The notes under the pieces were generated by a model that was given only the letters and a program-made list of their open reading frames with translations, did not search any database and was not told the DNA's origin. The position numbers were made by a program, and so were the translations under genes. Below, piece by piece: positions 1-7,603 of a stretch of DNA of 10,213 bases. The stretch comes from Nitrososphaerota archaeon (GTDB lineage Archaea > Thermoproteota > Nitrososphaeria > Nitrososphaerales > Nitrosopumilaceae). The stretch covers positions 11,816 to 22,028 of the forward strand of contig NVWC01000005.1 in the NCBI GenBank assembly GCA_002317795.1, given 5' to 3'. The first letter of the stretch is position 1, and each line of letters opens with the position of its first letter.

Positions 1-1
1 C

Positions 2-373
2 ATTAAAAATACAAAAATTCAGAAACTTCAAAACTTTGTAAACAATGGACAAATTGAGTTAAAAATTGCAATTCCTAATTCAGAACTAGTAGCAAATTCA
101 TTTTCAGAAAGAATTGGAATATTTAGAGATAAAGATGATCAAGTAGTAGCATTTACTGGGACATCAAAGGAATCATTTTCTACCCAAACACGGGATTTTG
201 AATCAGTGGATGTTTTTACTTCATGGAATGATAAATCAAGAGTTGAAAGAAAGATGAAAGATTTTGAAGAGTTATGGGAGAATAAAACAAAGTATATCGA
301 AGTTTATGATTTTATGTTTGCAGAGAAAAATAATCTTTTAAAGTATTCATCAGAGTGGATTTCACAAGACTAA
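2..373 (+). CDS. 3' part of a PLD-like (HKD-fold) domain protein with a degenerate catalytic motif, resembling the N-terminal domain of PLD-SF2 helicase fusions; 5' end lies outside the window
   Basis: Not in the ORF track. Frame 2 is open from base 2 to TAA at 371-373: IKNTKIQKLQ...LKIAIPNSELVANSFSERIGIFRDKDDQVVAFTGTSKESFSTQTRDFESVDVFTSWND...FEELWENK...SQD*. It matches the recalled pattern LxIA..FHxKxGIFxD....VAFxGSxNES..NFESxDVF.SW..FEELW. Confidence 0.7.
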   Translation: MKNTKIQKLQNFVNNGQIELKIAIPNSELVANSFSERIGIFRDKDDQVVAFTGTSKESFSTQTRDFESVDVFTSWNDKSRVERKMKDFEELWENKTKYIEVYDFMFAEKNNLLKYSSEWISQD

Positions 374-933
374 AGGTCAAATGATTCATCTATTCTAGAT
401 TTATTTTCATAGAAATTCATCTTGTTAATTTTATAATAAATAATTTCACCACGGCGTTCAATTACTGCAATGATTGGTTCTTTTCCCATTTGAGTTATTT
501 CTTGAATCTTTTTTTGTAGAGTTCCTATCTTTTCTTGTTGTCCTTCATTAAGACCAAAAATTAGAAATTTTGCCCCTTTTTCACCAAAATGGCCTCGCTC
601 ATATACTCTAAAATCAGAACCAAATCCAAAACCATCTTTTACAACATAGCCTCGATTACGAAGATCTCGATAAATCAAAAACTTTGTTAAAACTTCAGAA
701 CTAGTTTTTTGGCAAAGACTCATGAAAGAGTCAAAATCAAAATGTTTTTTTCCTTTTTTTAGAATCAATTTTTTAGTATATAATAAATATAGAGTTTCAA
801 ATTCTTGAAGAAATAATTTTTTATTTTCTATTTCCCCATATCCCTTTTGCTCTAATTCGTGAATCATGGTTTTATCCGCGATACAGGTTTGATCTGAAAT
901 CAATTGTCCATTTACTAGAGGAGTCTCATCCAT
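370..933 (-). CDS. endA: tRNA-intron endonuclease (EndA family) subunit, probably the structural non-catalytic subunit; likely start at ATG 933 (track start 969)
   Basis: Family motifs ETLYL and FLIYRDLRNRGYVVKDGFGFGSDFRVY, plus IIAVIERRGEIIYY. The Tyr is present, but GAKFLI stands where catalytic subunits have HSxYL. Confidence 0.88.
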   Translation of the reverse strand: MDETPLVNGQLISDQTCIADKTMIHELEQKGYGEIENKKLFLQEFETLYLLYTKKLILKKGKKHFDFDSFMSLCQKTSSEVLTKFLIYRDLRNRGYVVKDGFGFGSDFRVYERGHFGEKGAKFLIFGLNEGQQEKIGTLQKKIQEITQMGKEPIIAVIERRGEIIYYKINKMNFYENKSRIDESFDL

Positions 934-1030
934 GATGTAAAGAAAATCAAGGAATTTCCATATAAGCATTAGATAGGAAAAATAATCATCGTCTAACCGT
1001 TAAAATATGGGCATTTTAGTTTGAGATATC

Positions 1031-1540
1031 ATGCATGGTGCCAATTATAGAGCTGGAAGGGGACAAGTATTCACCAGAAAAAAATACATCAAAGGTAAAC
1101 CACAAATAAAAATTGCAAAATTTCAAGGTGGTAAAAGAGGCACATACCAATATTGCGTTCAATTACTAATGAATGAAAAAATTCAGATTAGACATATGGC
1201 CATTGAATCAACGAGATTAGCTGCAAACAAAACACTAGAAAAAACAACAGGGGAATCAGGCTATTATACAAGACTTAGAATTTATCCACATAATTTACTT
1301 AGAGAAAACAAGCAGATTGCAACAGCAGGTGCAGATAGAATTTCAGAAGGAATGAGAAGAGCATGGGGTAAGGCTACTAGTTTAGGTGCTAGAGTAAAAC
1401 AAGGTCAATGCATCATGGAATTATACGTAAACGGTGAGGACCATTTAGCTGCAGCAAAAAAAGCACTTCATGGTTCATGTGTAAAATTACCAGGTACACC
1501 AACAATCAAAGTAATAGAGTGGAATAAATCATCACCATAA
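1031..1540 (+). CDS. rpl10e: 50S ribosomal protein L10e (uL16)
   Basis: Hallmark motifs QIRHMAIESTRLAANK and LRIYPHNLLRENKQIATAGADRISEGMRRAWGK, plus KLPG near the C-terminus; length of 169 aa is typical. Confidence 0.97.
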   Translation: MHGANYRAGRGQVFTRKKYIKGKPQIKIAKFQGGKRGTYQYCVQLLMNEKIQIRHMAIESTRLAANKTLEKTTGESGYYTRLRIYPHNLLRENKQIATAGADRISEGMRRAWGKATSLGARVKQGQCIMELYVNGEDHLAAAKKALHGSCVKLPGTPTIKVIEWNKSSP

Positions 1541-1795
1541 ATTTTCTAAATCAGATTTCTTTTTTTGAATAAATTTTAAAAATTCTTCAAATTCATCTTT
1601 TGTTGGTTCACGATTTAGGATTCTTTTTGATTGATAATAAAATGAATTATAAATTCGTCCAACAGCAATTCCCAAAGCAAATGATTTTGAATCATCAATT
1701 GATGAAAGTGATTTTATCAGTTGTTTAATTTCATCTTTGTTTGAAATGGTTTCTTGAATTTTTTGATCTATTTTCTTTAGTAGAGTTTCATCCAT
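1532..1795 (-). CDS. Small hypothetical protein (87 aa), probably conserved in Thaumarchaeota
   Basis: Protein-like ORF (FALGIAVGRIYNSFYYQSKRILNREPT) overlapping the rpl10e stop convergently by 9 nt. Confidence 0.75.
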   Translation of the reverse strand: MDETLLKKIDQKIQETISNKDEIKQLIKSLSSIDDSKSFALGIAVGRIYNSFYYQSKRILNREPTKDEFEEFLKFIQKKKSDLENLW

Positions 1796-2038
1796 ACTAT
1801 ACCATCTTTAAAATAGTTAAAAACAGTTTTACAGGTAGATTTGTTGGATATTAACACAAATTCAACATGTGAATTTCGGGTAAGAGCAGTCTAATTTCAA
1901 TAAATTATTGATGATTTGCACACATCAATTGCAGGTTTGATCAATGCAAACCATAGATTAAACACTTTTTCAATACGATCAACTATTAATCACAAAGTTA
2001 ACTGTTGTGAGGCCATAGTTAAACAGCCAAAACATCTA

Positions 2039-2563
2039 TTAATCATTTTTCATAGCTTGATCAAGTTTTGGTCGTAATAACGGTAATTCATTATGTGTCC
2101 AACGAAAAAATTTTACAAATTCTTCTGTTTCTTTTTTGATATAGTTTTCAATTTCTTCATATTTTCCAAGCTTATACCATTCTGGAATAGGACTACCACC
2201 ATGAGGTTTTCCAGTCAGTTTATCCAAGCCTGAATTTTTGAATTCACCGTTATTCATCAAAACACCAACGCTACGTAAATCAATAAACGGTTTTGTAAAA
2301 ATATTGATTGGAAAAAGTTTTTTGTATTTGTTAGTTTTTTCATGCAGAAATCTATGTTCAAATCCTAAATTATATCCAACAGAAACAAAATCAAAACTAT
2401 AGGAATTAACTACTGGTGAATCAATAATGAATTATCTTATCATTTTCTCTTCTCCATCATCCCATTCTTTGAAGATTTTTAATTCACCAATTTGTTTTCC
2501 AGTACCACGCTCAAGTTCGACGTATTGAATTGTAATTATTTTATTTTCAACTTCATCCAGATA
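2039..2563 (-). pseudogene. Disrupted RNase H-fold 3'-5' exonuclease-like gene (RNase_H_2/PolB-exo-like)
   Basis: The track ORF 2039-2260 extends upstream in the same frame through one TAA (2432-2434): YLDEVENKIITIQYVELERGTGKQIGELKIFKEWDDGEEKMIR*FIIDSP...VGYNLGFEHRFL...PFIDLRSVG.... The VGYN(L)xF motif II and the IDL motif are present. The N-terminal DIET motif and the start codon are missing. Confidence 0.72.
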
Positions 2564-2597
2564 TTCCTGTAACCAAAGGATCGATCACAATTACCAT
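2553..2597 (-). pseudogene. Possible 5' remnant of a larC-like gene (14 codons)
   Basis: ATG at 2597 reads MVIVIDPLVTGISG*, similar to the recalled LarC N-terminus (..D...GISGDM). A TATA-like TTTATAAG lies 22-29 nt upstream. Confidence 0.4.
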
Positions 2598-2614
2598 GAT
2601 TCAAAATCATCAAA

Positions 2615-2626
2615 AATGCTTATAAA
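2615..2626 (-). promoter_or_regulatory. Archaeal TATA-box candidate TTTATAAGCATT
   Basis: Leaderless-type spacing to ATG 2597. The same 12-mer recurs at 3070-3081 (minus). Confidence 0.45.
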
Positions 2627-2814
2627 TTCGTCTAAAAATTAATGAATTTCATTAGATTTAATTATGAACCTGTAAAAGTGGCTATTAATTATTTATTTTC
2701 AAAAAAATTAATCAAAGATTAATAGATTTTATCATGATTCACAAATGAATTACACTAAAAGGAAAAATCTTGGTTTAGATCTACAACGTCTTATGTCGAG
2801 ATTCATTTTAAATC

Positions 2815-3036
2815 TTAATCTCTCTTGAAAATTTTCATGGAACTTCCTTTATGGAATACATATTTTAACACCAAATAATATACATCAGTTCTTTTAATGA
2901 CAAGATAAAATTTCCTCACACATGTGTTATCTTGAACTCCAATTTCATTAGTTAATGTGGGTTCATCACCAAATTCTTCTTGTTCAATTTCATCAATAGA
3001 TAAGAATACTGTGGGTTGGGTAATGAAATCACTCAA
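2815..3036 (-). CDS. Small hypothetical ORF or gene fragment with an acidic N-terminal half
   Basis: TTG start, 73 aa, downstream of a TTTATAAGCATT box at 3070-3081. No recognisable motif. Confidence 0.35.
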   Translation of the reverse strand: MSDFITQPTVFLSIDEIEQEEFGDEPTLTNEIGVQDNTCVRKFYLVIKRTDVYYLVLKYVFHKGSSMKIFKRD

Positions 3037-3188
3037 GACAATAAAATGTTGTTGAGATTAATTGCATACAATGCTTATAAAGTTAAAAAATTAGAATTTG
3101 TTATTTTACGATGGTTTCTACAAGGCCCGTATCATCGTTAACTTAATTTTAAAAATACTTAATTACATTATTGACTTGATCTAAGTAA

Positions 3189-3674
3189 ATGACTGTGTGT
3201 TTTGCTCAAATATCTAGTACAGGTGATCAGAGACCAAAGGATACAAAACCTACAATTATCAGTCTCAATCAAAATGATGCAATTAGTGGAATTGAACATA
3301 CTTCTGATGAAAATTCTGGAGATATTCGCATTATAGAATCTGGGATTTATGTGGTAATAGCTGCACCTCAGATAGGACGAACACATGGAACTGAACCAAG
3401 ACATGTAGATATTTGGTTAAGAAAGAATGGCAGTGACATTCCACACTCAAATGTACGTCTGGTCATTAGAACTAAAGATGATAAAGATGTTATTGTTAAT
3501 CAAACTATGATGCCATTCAATAGAGATGATATTATCAACATTATGATGTCTGTTGAGGTAACGGATGAGGGTTTAGGGCTTGAAACAATTAGACCTGATG
3601 GTGAACCAGCTATTCCAAGTATCATATTATCTATGCATAAAATAAAAGAGTATTCGAGTTTAGTTAACGACTAA
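3189..3674 (+). CDS. Stand-alone C1q/TNF-like (BclA C-terminal-like) beta-sandwich protein
   Basis: Beta-strand pattern GDIRIIESGIYVV, VDIWLRKNGSDIPHS and DDIINIMM. No signal peptide or collagen repeats are visible. Confidence 0.6.
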   Translation: MTVCFAQISSTGDQRPKDTKPTIISLNQNDAISGIEHTSDENSGDIRIIESGIYVVIAAPQIGRTHGTEPRHVDIWLRKNGSDIPHSNVRLVIRTKDDKDVIVNQTMMPFNRDDIINIMMSVEVTDEGLGLETIRPDGEPAIPSIILSMHKIKEYSSLVND

Positions 3675-3724
3675 AAAATATTTAACTTAGTTCAATATTT
3701 CATAATTGATTTTTAGATTCGTAA

Positions 3725-4240
3725 CTATTTATTTTTTAATCCAATGTTGCTACAAAAATTAACCCAAGATTTACTAAACTCCGTTACTGGGTTTGGGGTT
3801 TCATTAGCTGCTCTGATGTTCTTTATCGTCAGGGCAAACGCTTGAGATGACATGTTGTTTTGGAATTGAATAAACCTTGTAGCATGATCCATTGATTCAT
3901 CAATAATTTTTTTTGTGTAATCTGGCATGGAATAGCCTCTTTCATAGTTATTTCCAATCATTAGGCTTTGTTGAGTAGAAATAACAGTAGAATTTGTTAT
4001 TTTTTTCCAAGATTTCACACATTCTATCTGAAGAGTTTCTACTAGCTCCCTATACTGTTTAATTGCGGTTTCACATGCGCTAAAGAAATTATCTGTGTTT
4101 GGGTTATTAGATTGACTTGAATCTTTTGGGTTATTAGATTGACTTGAATCTTTTGGGTTATTAGATTGACTTGAATCTTTTGGGTTATTAGATTGACTTG
4201 AATCTTTTGGTATTGTTGTTTCATCCATGTTGTTTAACAT
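3725..4240 (-). CDS. Helical thaumarchaeal hypothetical protein, possibly phasin-like, with an N-terminal repeat expansion
   Basis: Amphipathic helical body (FFSACETAIKQY..LQIECVKSWKKITNSTVISTQQ..SWVNF) preceded by (PKDSSQSNN)x4. The start may be ATG 4228. Confidence 0.6.
   Translation of the reverse strand: MLNNMDETTIPKDSSQSNNPKDSSQSNNPKDSSQSNNPKDSSQSNNPNTDNFFSACETAIKQYRELVETLQIECVKSWKKITNSTVISTQQSLMIGNNYERGYSMPDYTKKIIDESMDHATRFIQFQNNMSSQAFALTIKNIRAANETPNPVTEFSKSWVNFCSNIGLKNK
4098..4210. repeat. Perfect 27-bp tandem repeat, 4 copies plus 5 nt
   Basis: Unit TTTGGGTTATTAGATTGACTTGAATCT at 4098, 4125, 4152 and 4179. No spacers; in frame within the CDS. Confidence 0.97.
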
Positions 4241-4394
4241 ATGACCTAAACTAAAAGTATGGTGGTATTTTTATTTAGAAATAATTTTATGTGAAATTTA
4301 CATATTAATGAAAAAAGTATGATCAACATATTGTGCACAAATAATGTGCGATATTATACTTCAATACGCCTTAATGATTAGAGTGTCAAAATAA

Positions 4395-4428
4395 CATTAT
4401 CTTGATAATGGTAGTTGATACCATTATC
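4395..4428. promoter_or_regulatory. Overlapping GATAAT/ATTATC palindromes, candidate operator
   Basis: CATTATC-TT-GATAATG (4395-4410) overlaps GATAATGGTA-GTTGA-TACCATTATC (4404-4428). Confidence 0.45.
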
Positions 4429-4498
4429 TTTTTGATAGGGTAATGATACTCTATACCCACACTATGAAAATGATAGTTGTACAGTATTTCATTTTCTG

Positions 4499-4575
4499 CG
4501 TAATCTCTAATAAGATTACGTAATATTTTAGATCTTGATTAAGAATATTTCGTAATCTTGTATAAGATTATGAAT
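4499..4575. repeat. Two copies of the palindromic site CGTAATCT-N6-AGATTA(C/T)G
   Basis: CGTAATCT ctaata AGATTACG (4499-4520) and tttCGTAATCT tgtata AGATTATGaat (4548-4575), with a weak copy between them at 4528-4549. Confidence 0.8.
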
Positions 4576-4609
4576 CATATCAAATACAAACTAAATTTTT
4601 AATTTCTTA

Positions 4610-6325
4610 TTACTTGCTATACTTTACAGGATCAAGTAAATAATTCATAATTTTTTGAGCTCTTTCATTTTCTAGAAGCATTCTTTGGATGATTTCTAGA
4701 TTATCTAATTTGTTTAGTTCATTTGAGTATTCATAACTAAATGAATCATCAAAATCAATAAAAGAATCCAAACATGATGGGCAATATTCTAATAATTGTG
4801 GAATTGCATTTTGAGCCTGTAATTCTTTGTATTCTGCAAAGTCTGAATGCATTCTATTAAACACAGATGATGTATCTTGAACTCGTTCATTCTTTACATA
4901 ATCCTGCTCCCATATACCATATTGAAATGACCATGTGTCACCAAACTCATCAACTGCAGTAGTTTTACTAGTTTCAGTTAGATGATAAATCTGACCTGCA
5001 TTAATTCCATCATGAATCTTTGCAGGATTTAATGACTCACCTGTTACCTCAATTCCATGATTGTAATAATTTTGCCAAGAGTTTCTTTTCATATCCCACA
5101 CATCAGTTACAACAATGTTGAAATCAAGTGGTGCTCTAAACATATGATTAATTGTAACTATGAGACATTGAGTATCTGAGTCACCTTCATTACAATTTCC
5201 AATATTTGTAGATACTTTGATGTTATCAAGAGCATTTTCAGGATCAGTTACTGTGACTGTTTCAGTACCCTCGTGATCAATATCTAATTCAATCATAGCC
5301 TTACTATTACTGATTATATCACTTTTATCAAGACCAAATGCAAATGAGAAATGTTTCACATTTTCAGGACCCATGTTTTCATAAATTTTGAATACTGCCG
5401 TGTTTTGTTTTCCAACATTTGCAGTGATTAATGGGTATGGTGTAAAGAATCGTTCAACATTAGTTGGGTTTCCATTGTATGTGAATCCATTTTTAACTAT
5501 TTGTCTACCGTTAGAATCCATACCAAGTGTTGGTTCTTCACAATCACCATCACACCCACTTCCATTTTTAGAAGTAACACCATCATTATCAGTAGCAATA
5601 ACAGATGCAGCAATTGCAGTGTTTACAGTGCCCACATTAATTACATCAGTTACAAAGTCCCCACCTAATGTAACAATAGGAGTTACATCATTTCCCATTA
5701 CTTGATTTGTAGTAATTGTTACTACACCACCTGTTTCAGAAATTGATGCAACAGTTAATACTCCATCCAGAGTAAAATCAGATGCTTCTGCGTCTAAAAT
5801 ATCTTCACTAAATGTGATATCAATTGTTGTCAAAGAAGTTTTTGATGCAGAATCCATAGTAGGTCTAACATTATCAAAAGTAACACCTGTTTTAGCTACT
5901 GCAGCAAGAGCAGGATTAGTAATTTCCACAGTAACAGTATAGATAGTTCCACTAACAAGATCAGCAAACCCTGCGTCAGCTTGAAGTTCAGTTACATCCT
6001 TCGTAATAGCATTACCACCCGAAGTAGAAGCAAGATCATTCTCACCACCGCCAACGGTCATAGTATACGTATGGGTAGTAGCATCTGCAGTTCCACCAGT
6101 TCGTACAAACGTAATAGTACCTGCAACCGCATTTTCATTAGCAAGAGTACCTGTTAAAGTGTAAACTACGGTACCATCTCCACTCATTCTATTATCATTA
6201 ACAATATTGACAAAGGTCATAGAATTTACAGTAGCATGTGCTTCTTGAGCCATAAAATTTGGAAATCCTCCAATAAGTAAAGCAGTTAAAACTACAAAAG
6301 TAATTCTAGTAGAAAGATTATTCAT
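4610..6325 (-). CDS. Secreted/surface protein (571 aa): signal peptide, two Thr/Val-rich Ig-like modules, a GSGCDGDC linker and a thaumarchaeal-type C-terminal domain
   Basis: Hydrophobic N-terminus ending in AQEAHA (signal peptidase site), Ig-like PTMDSA..TIDITFSE, and the GCDGDCEEPTLG motif recalled from Nitrosopumilus extracellular proteins. Confidence 0.8.
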   Translation of the reverse strand: MNNLSTRITFVVLTALLIGGFPNFMAQEAHATVNSMTFVNIVNDNRMSGDGTVVYTLTGTLANENAVAGTITFVRTGGTADATTHTYTMTVGGGENDLASTSGGNAITKDVTELQADAGFADLVSGTIYTVTVEITNPALAAVAKTGVTFDNVRPTMDSASKTSLTTIDITFSEDILDAEASDFTLDGVLTVASISETGGVVTITTNQVMGNDVTPIVTLGGDFVTDVINVGTVNTAIAASVIATDNDGVTSKNGSGCDGDCEEPTLGMDSNGRQIVKNGFTYNGNPTNVERFFTPYPLITANVGKQNTAVFKIYENMGPENVKHFSFAFGLDKSDIISNSKAMIELDIDHEGTETVTVTDPENALDNIKVSTNIGNCNEGDSDTQCLIVTINHMFRAPLDFNIVVTDVWDMKRNSWQNYYNHGIEVTGESLNPAKIHDGINAGQIYHLTETSKTTAVDEFGDTWSFQYGIWEQDYVKNERVQDTSSVFNRMHSDFAEYKELQAQNAIPQLLEYCPSCLDSFIDFDDSFSYEYSNELNKLDNLEIIQRMLLENERAQKIMNYLLDPVKYSK

Positions 6326-6368
6326 AGTGTGTGATAAAAATAATTAAATAAAAACTTGTTTATGATTA

Positions 6369-6396
6369 ATTCATAATCCATAGTAAGATTACGAAA
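6369..6396. repeat. Third copy of the palindromic site, inverted relative to the 4548-4575 copy
   Basis: ATTCATAATCC atagta AGATTACGAAA; the arms match the reverse complement of 4548-4575 at 21 of 22 positions. Confidence 0.8.
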
Positions 6397-6557
6397 ATGC
6401 ACAGTATTTTAAAAAAATCGTAATTAAAAAACAAGTGTGTATAAAAAAACAAACACATGATTTTGTATTCATGTTAGTATCTATTAACATGACATTGGAA
6501 ACGATACCTAAGAAAAAGGATTGTAGTATATCAGTTAAAGAAAATAGAGGATCAAAT

Positions 6558-7325
6558 ATGTATCAATTAGGTAAGAAGATATTTGATAAAATCCCGATAT
6601 TGAGACCCATGTTGATTAAAGGACAGCAGAATTTTAGACCAAAATTTTCAGGGATAGGAATGACGAGTTTTCATACATTACCCGATGAGCAGTTTTTTAA
6701 AAAAATAATGAGTGAGTTACACAAATTTTCGACGAATGAAAACCAGTATTGTTATTCCGATAAAATGATGGATGAGAATTACTGGAAATTTTACTTTGTA
6801 GCTTTTGCATCTTCATATGCTGTCAAGTCAACAGGTCTAAGCAGTTTGGTTGAGTGTGGTGTAGCTAATGGTTATAGTGCATTTGTTGCACTAAAATCGG
6901 TTAAAAACTCAGAAATGCATCTTTATGATGCTTGGAATGTAATGAAAGATGATCTCATCTCAGAGTCTGAAAAAGCAATCCGCGGATATTATAAGACACT
7001 TGACATAAATTTTACAAAATATAATTTAAAAGAATTTGGAAGTACTAGATGGCATCAAGGCTACATTCCAGAAACACTAGATAATTCATCCCCAAAATTA
7101 ATATCATATCTGCATATTGATCTTAATTCATCAATACCAACTTTTGAAGCCTTGACATTTTTTTATCCAAAAATCTTGAATGGTGGTGTAATCTTATTTG
7201 ATGACTATGGATTGAATGATTATGCAGAAACAAAACAGGTTATAGATCAATTCTTAATTAATAAGAACGGTACAATGTTTAAGTTGCCTACAGGTCAGGC
7301 AATGTTTTTTGTATTAAAACCATAA
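6558..7325 (+). CDS. TylF/MycF/NovP-family (macrocin-type) SAM-dependent O-methyltransferase; likely start ATG 6558 (track start 6435)
   Basis: Motifs VECGVANG, HLYDAW, GYIPETL, ISYLHIDLN and GGVILFDDYG. A GAGG lies just upstream of ATG 6558. Confidence 0.88.
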   Translation: MYQLGKKIFDKIPILRPMLIKGQQNFRPKFSGIGMTSFHTLPDEQFFKKIMSELHKFSTNENQYCYSDKMMDENYWKFYFVAFASSYAVKSTGLSSLVECGVANGYSAFVALKSVKNSEMHLYDAWNVMKDDLISESEKAIRGYYKTLDINFTKYNLKEFGSTRWHQGYIPETLDNSSPKLISYLHIDLNSSIPTFEALTFFYPKILNGGVILFDDYGLNDYAETKQVIDQFLINKNGTMFKLPTGQAMFFVLKP

Positions 7326-7406
7326 TTTTCTAATAAGATCTATGCAATCTACATAATATTTACTAGGTGTTACATTAATTGTGAATGGCTCATAGTAATT
7401 GCAATT

Positions 7407-7461
7407 ATAGATTCCAAAGAAACATCCGAATATGATGTTTGGATGTTTCTTCTTTATCTAT
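7407..7461. other. Strong hairpin downstream of the methyltransferase gene
   Basis: AAGAAACATCC (7417-7427) and GGATGTTTCTT (7441-7451) form a perfect 11-bp stem. It extends inward with G.U pairs and outward through ATAGAT/ATCTAT. Confidence 0.65.
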
Positions 7462-7603
7462 GTTAAAACAACTCAAAAATTATTCTCGAAATAATACATG
7501 TATAATATCTACGAGAATGATACATAGAAAAAGATCATCAAAAATTTCAAGAATATAGAATATTGTATTACTCACAAAATTTACGTAATCTACCTAACGA
7601 TGA

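Noticed and set aside
1800-2038. Short inverted repeats as a possible left TIR, att site or tRNA
   Set aside because: Stems are only 6-7 bp in AT-rich DNA; no cloverleaf and no matching partner sequence in the window.
3108-3138. ACGATG/CATCGT inverted repeat
   Set aside because: Only 6-bp arms with a long loop; insufficient support.
3168-3404. 78-aa minus-strand ORF
   Set aside because: Antisense shadow of the 3189-3674 CDS with atypical composition.
4098-4210. 27-bp repeats as a CRISPR array for the nearby cas1
   Set aside because: The units are contiguous with no spacers and lie in frame inside a CDS.
4042-4224. 60-aa ORF with QKIQVNLIT repeats
   Set aside because: Alternative-frame reading of the 27-bp repeat.
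4559-4564. Spacer TGTATA identical to the E. coli dif central hexamer, suggesting the chromosomal dif site
   Set aside because: The arms do not resemble the dif consensus and the site is multi-copy; a 6-bp match is likely chance.
5388-5705. 105-aa plus-strand ORF
   Set aside because: Antisense to the surface-protein gene.
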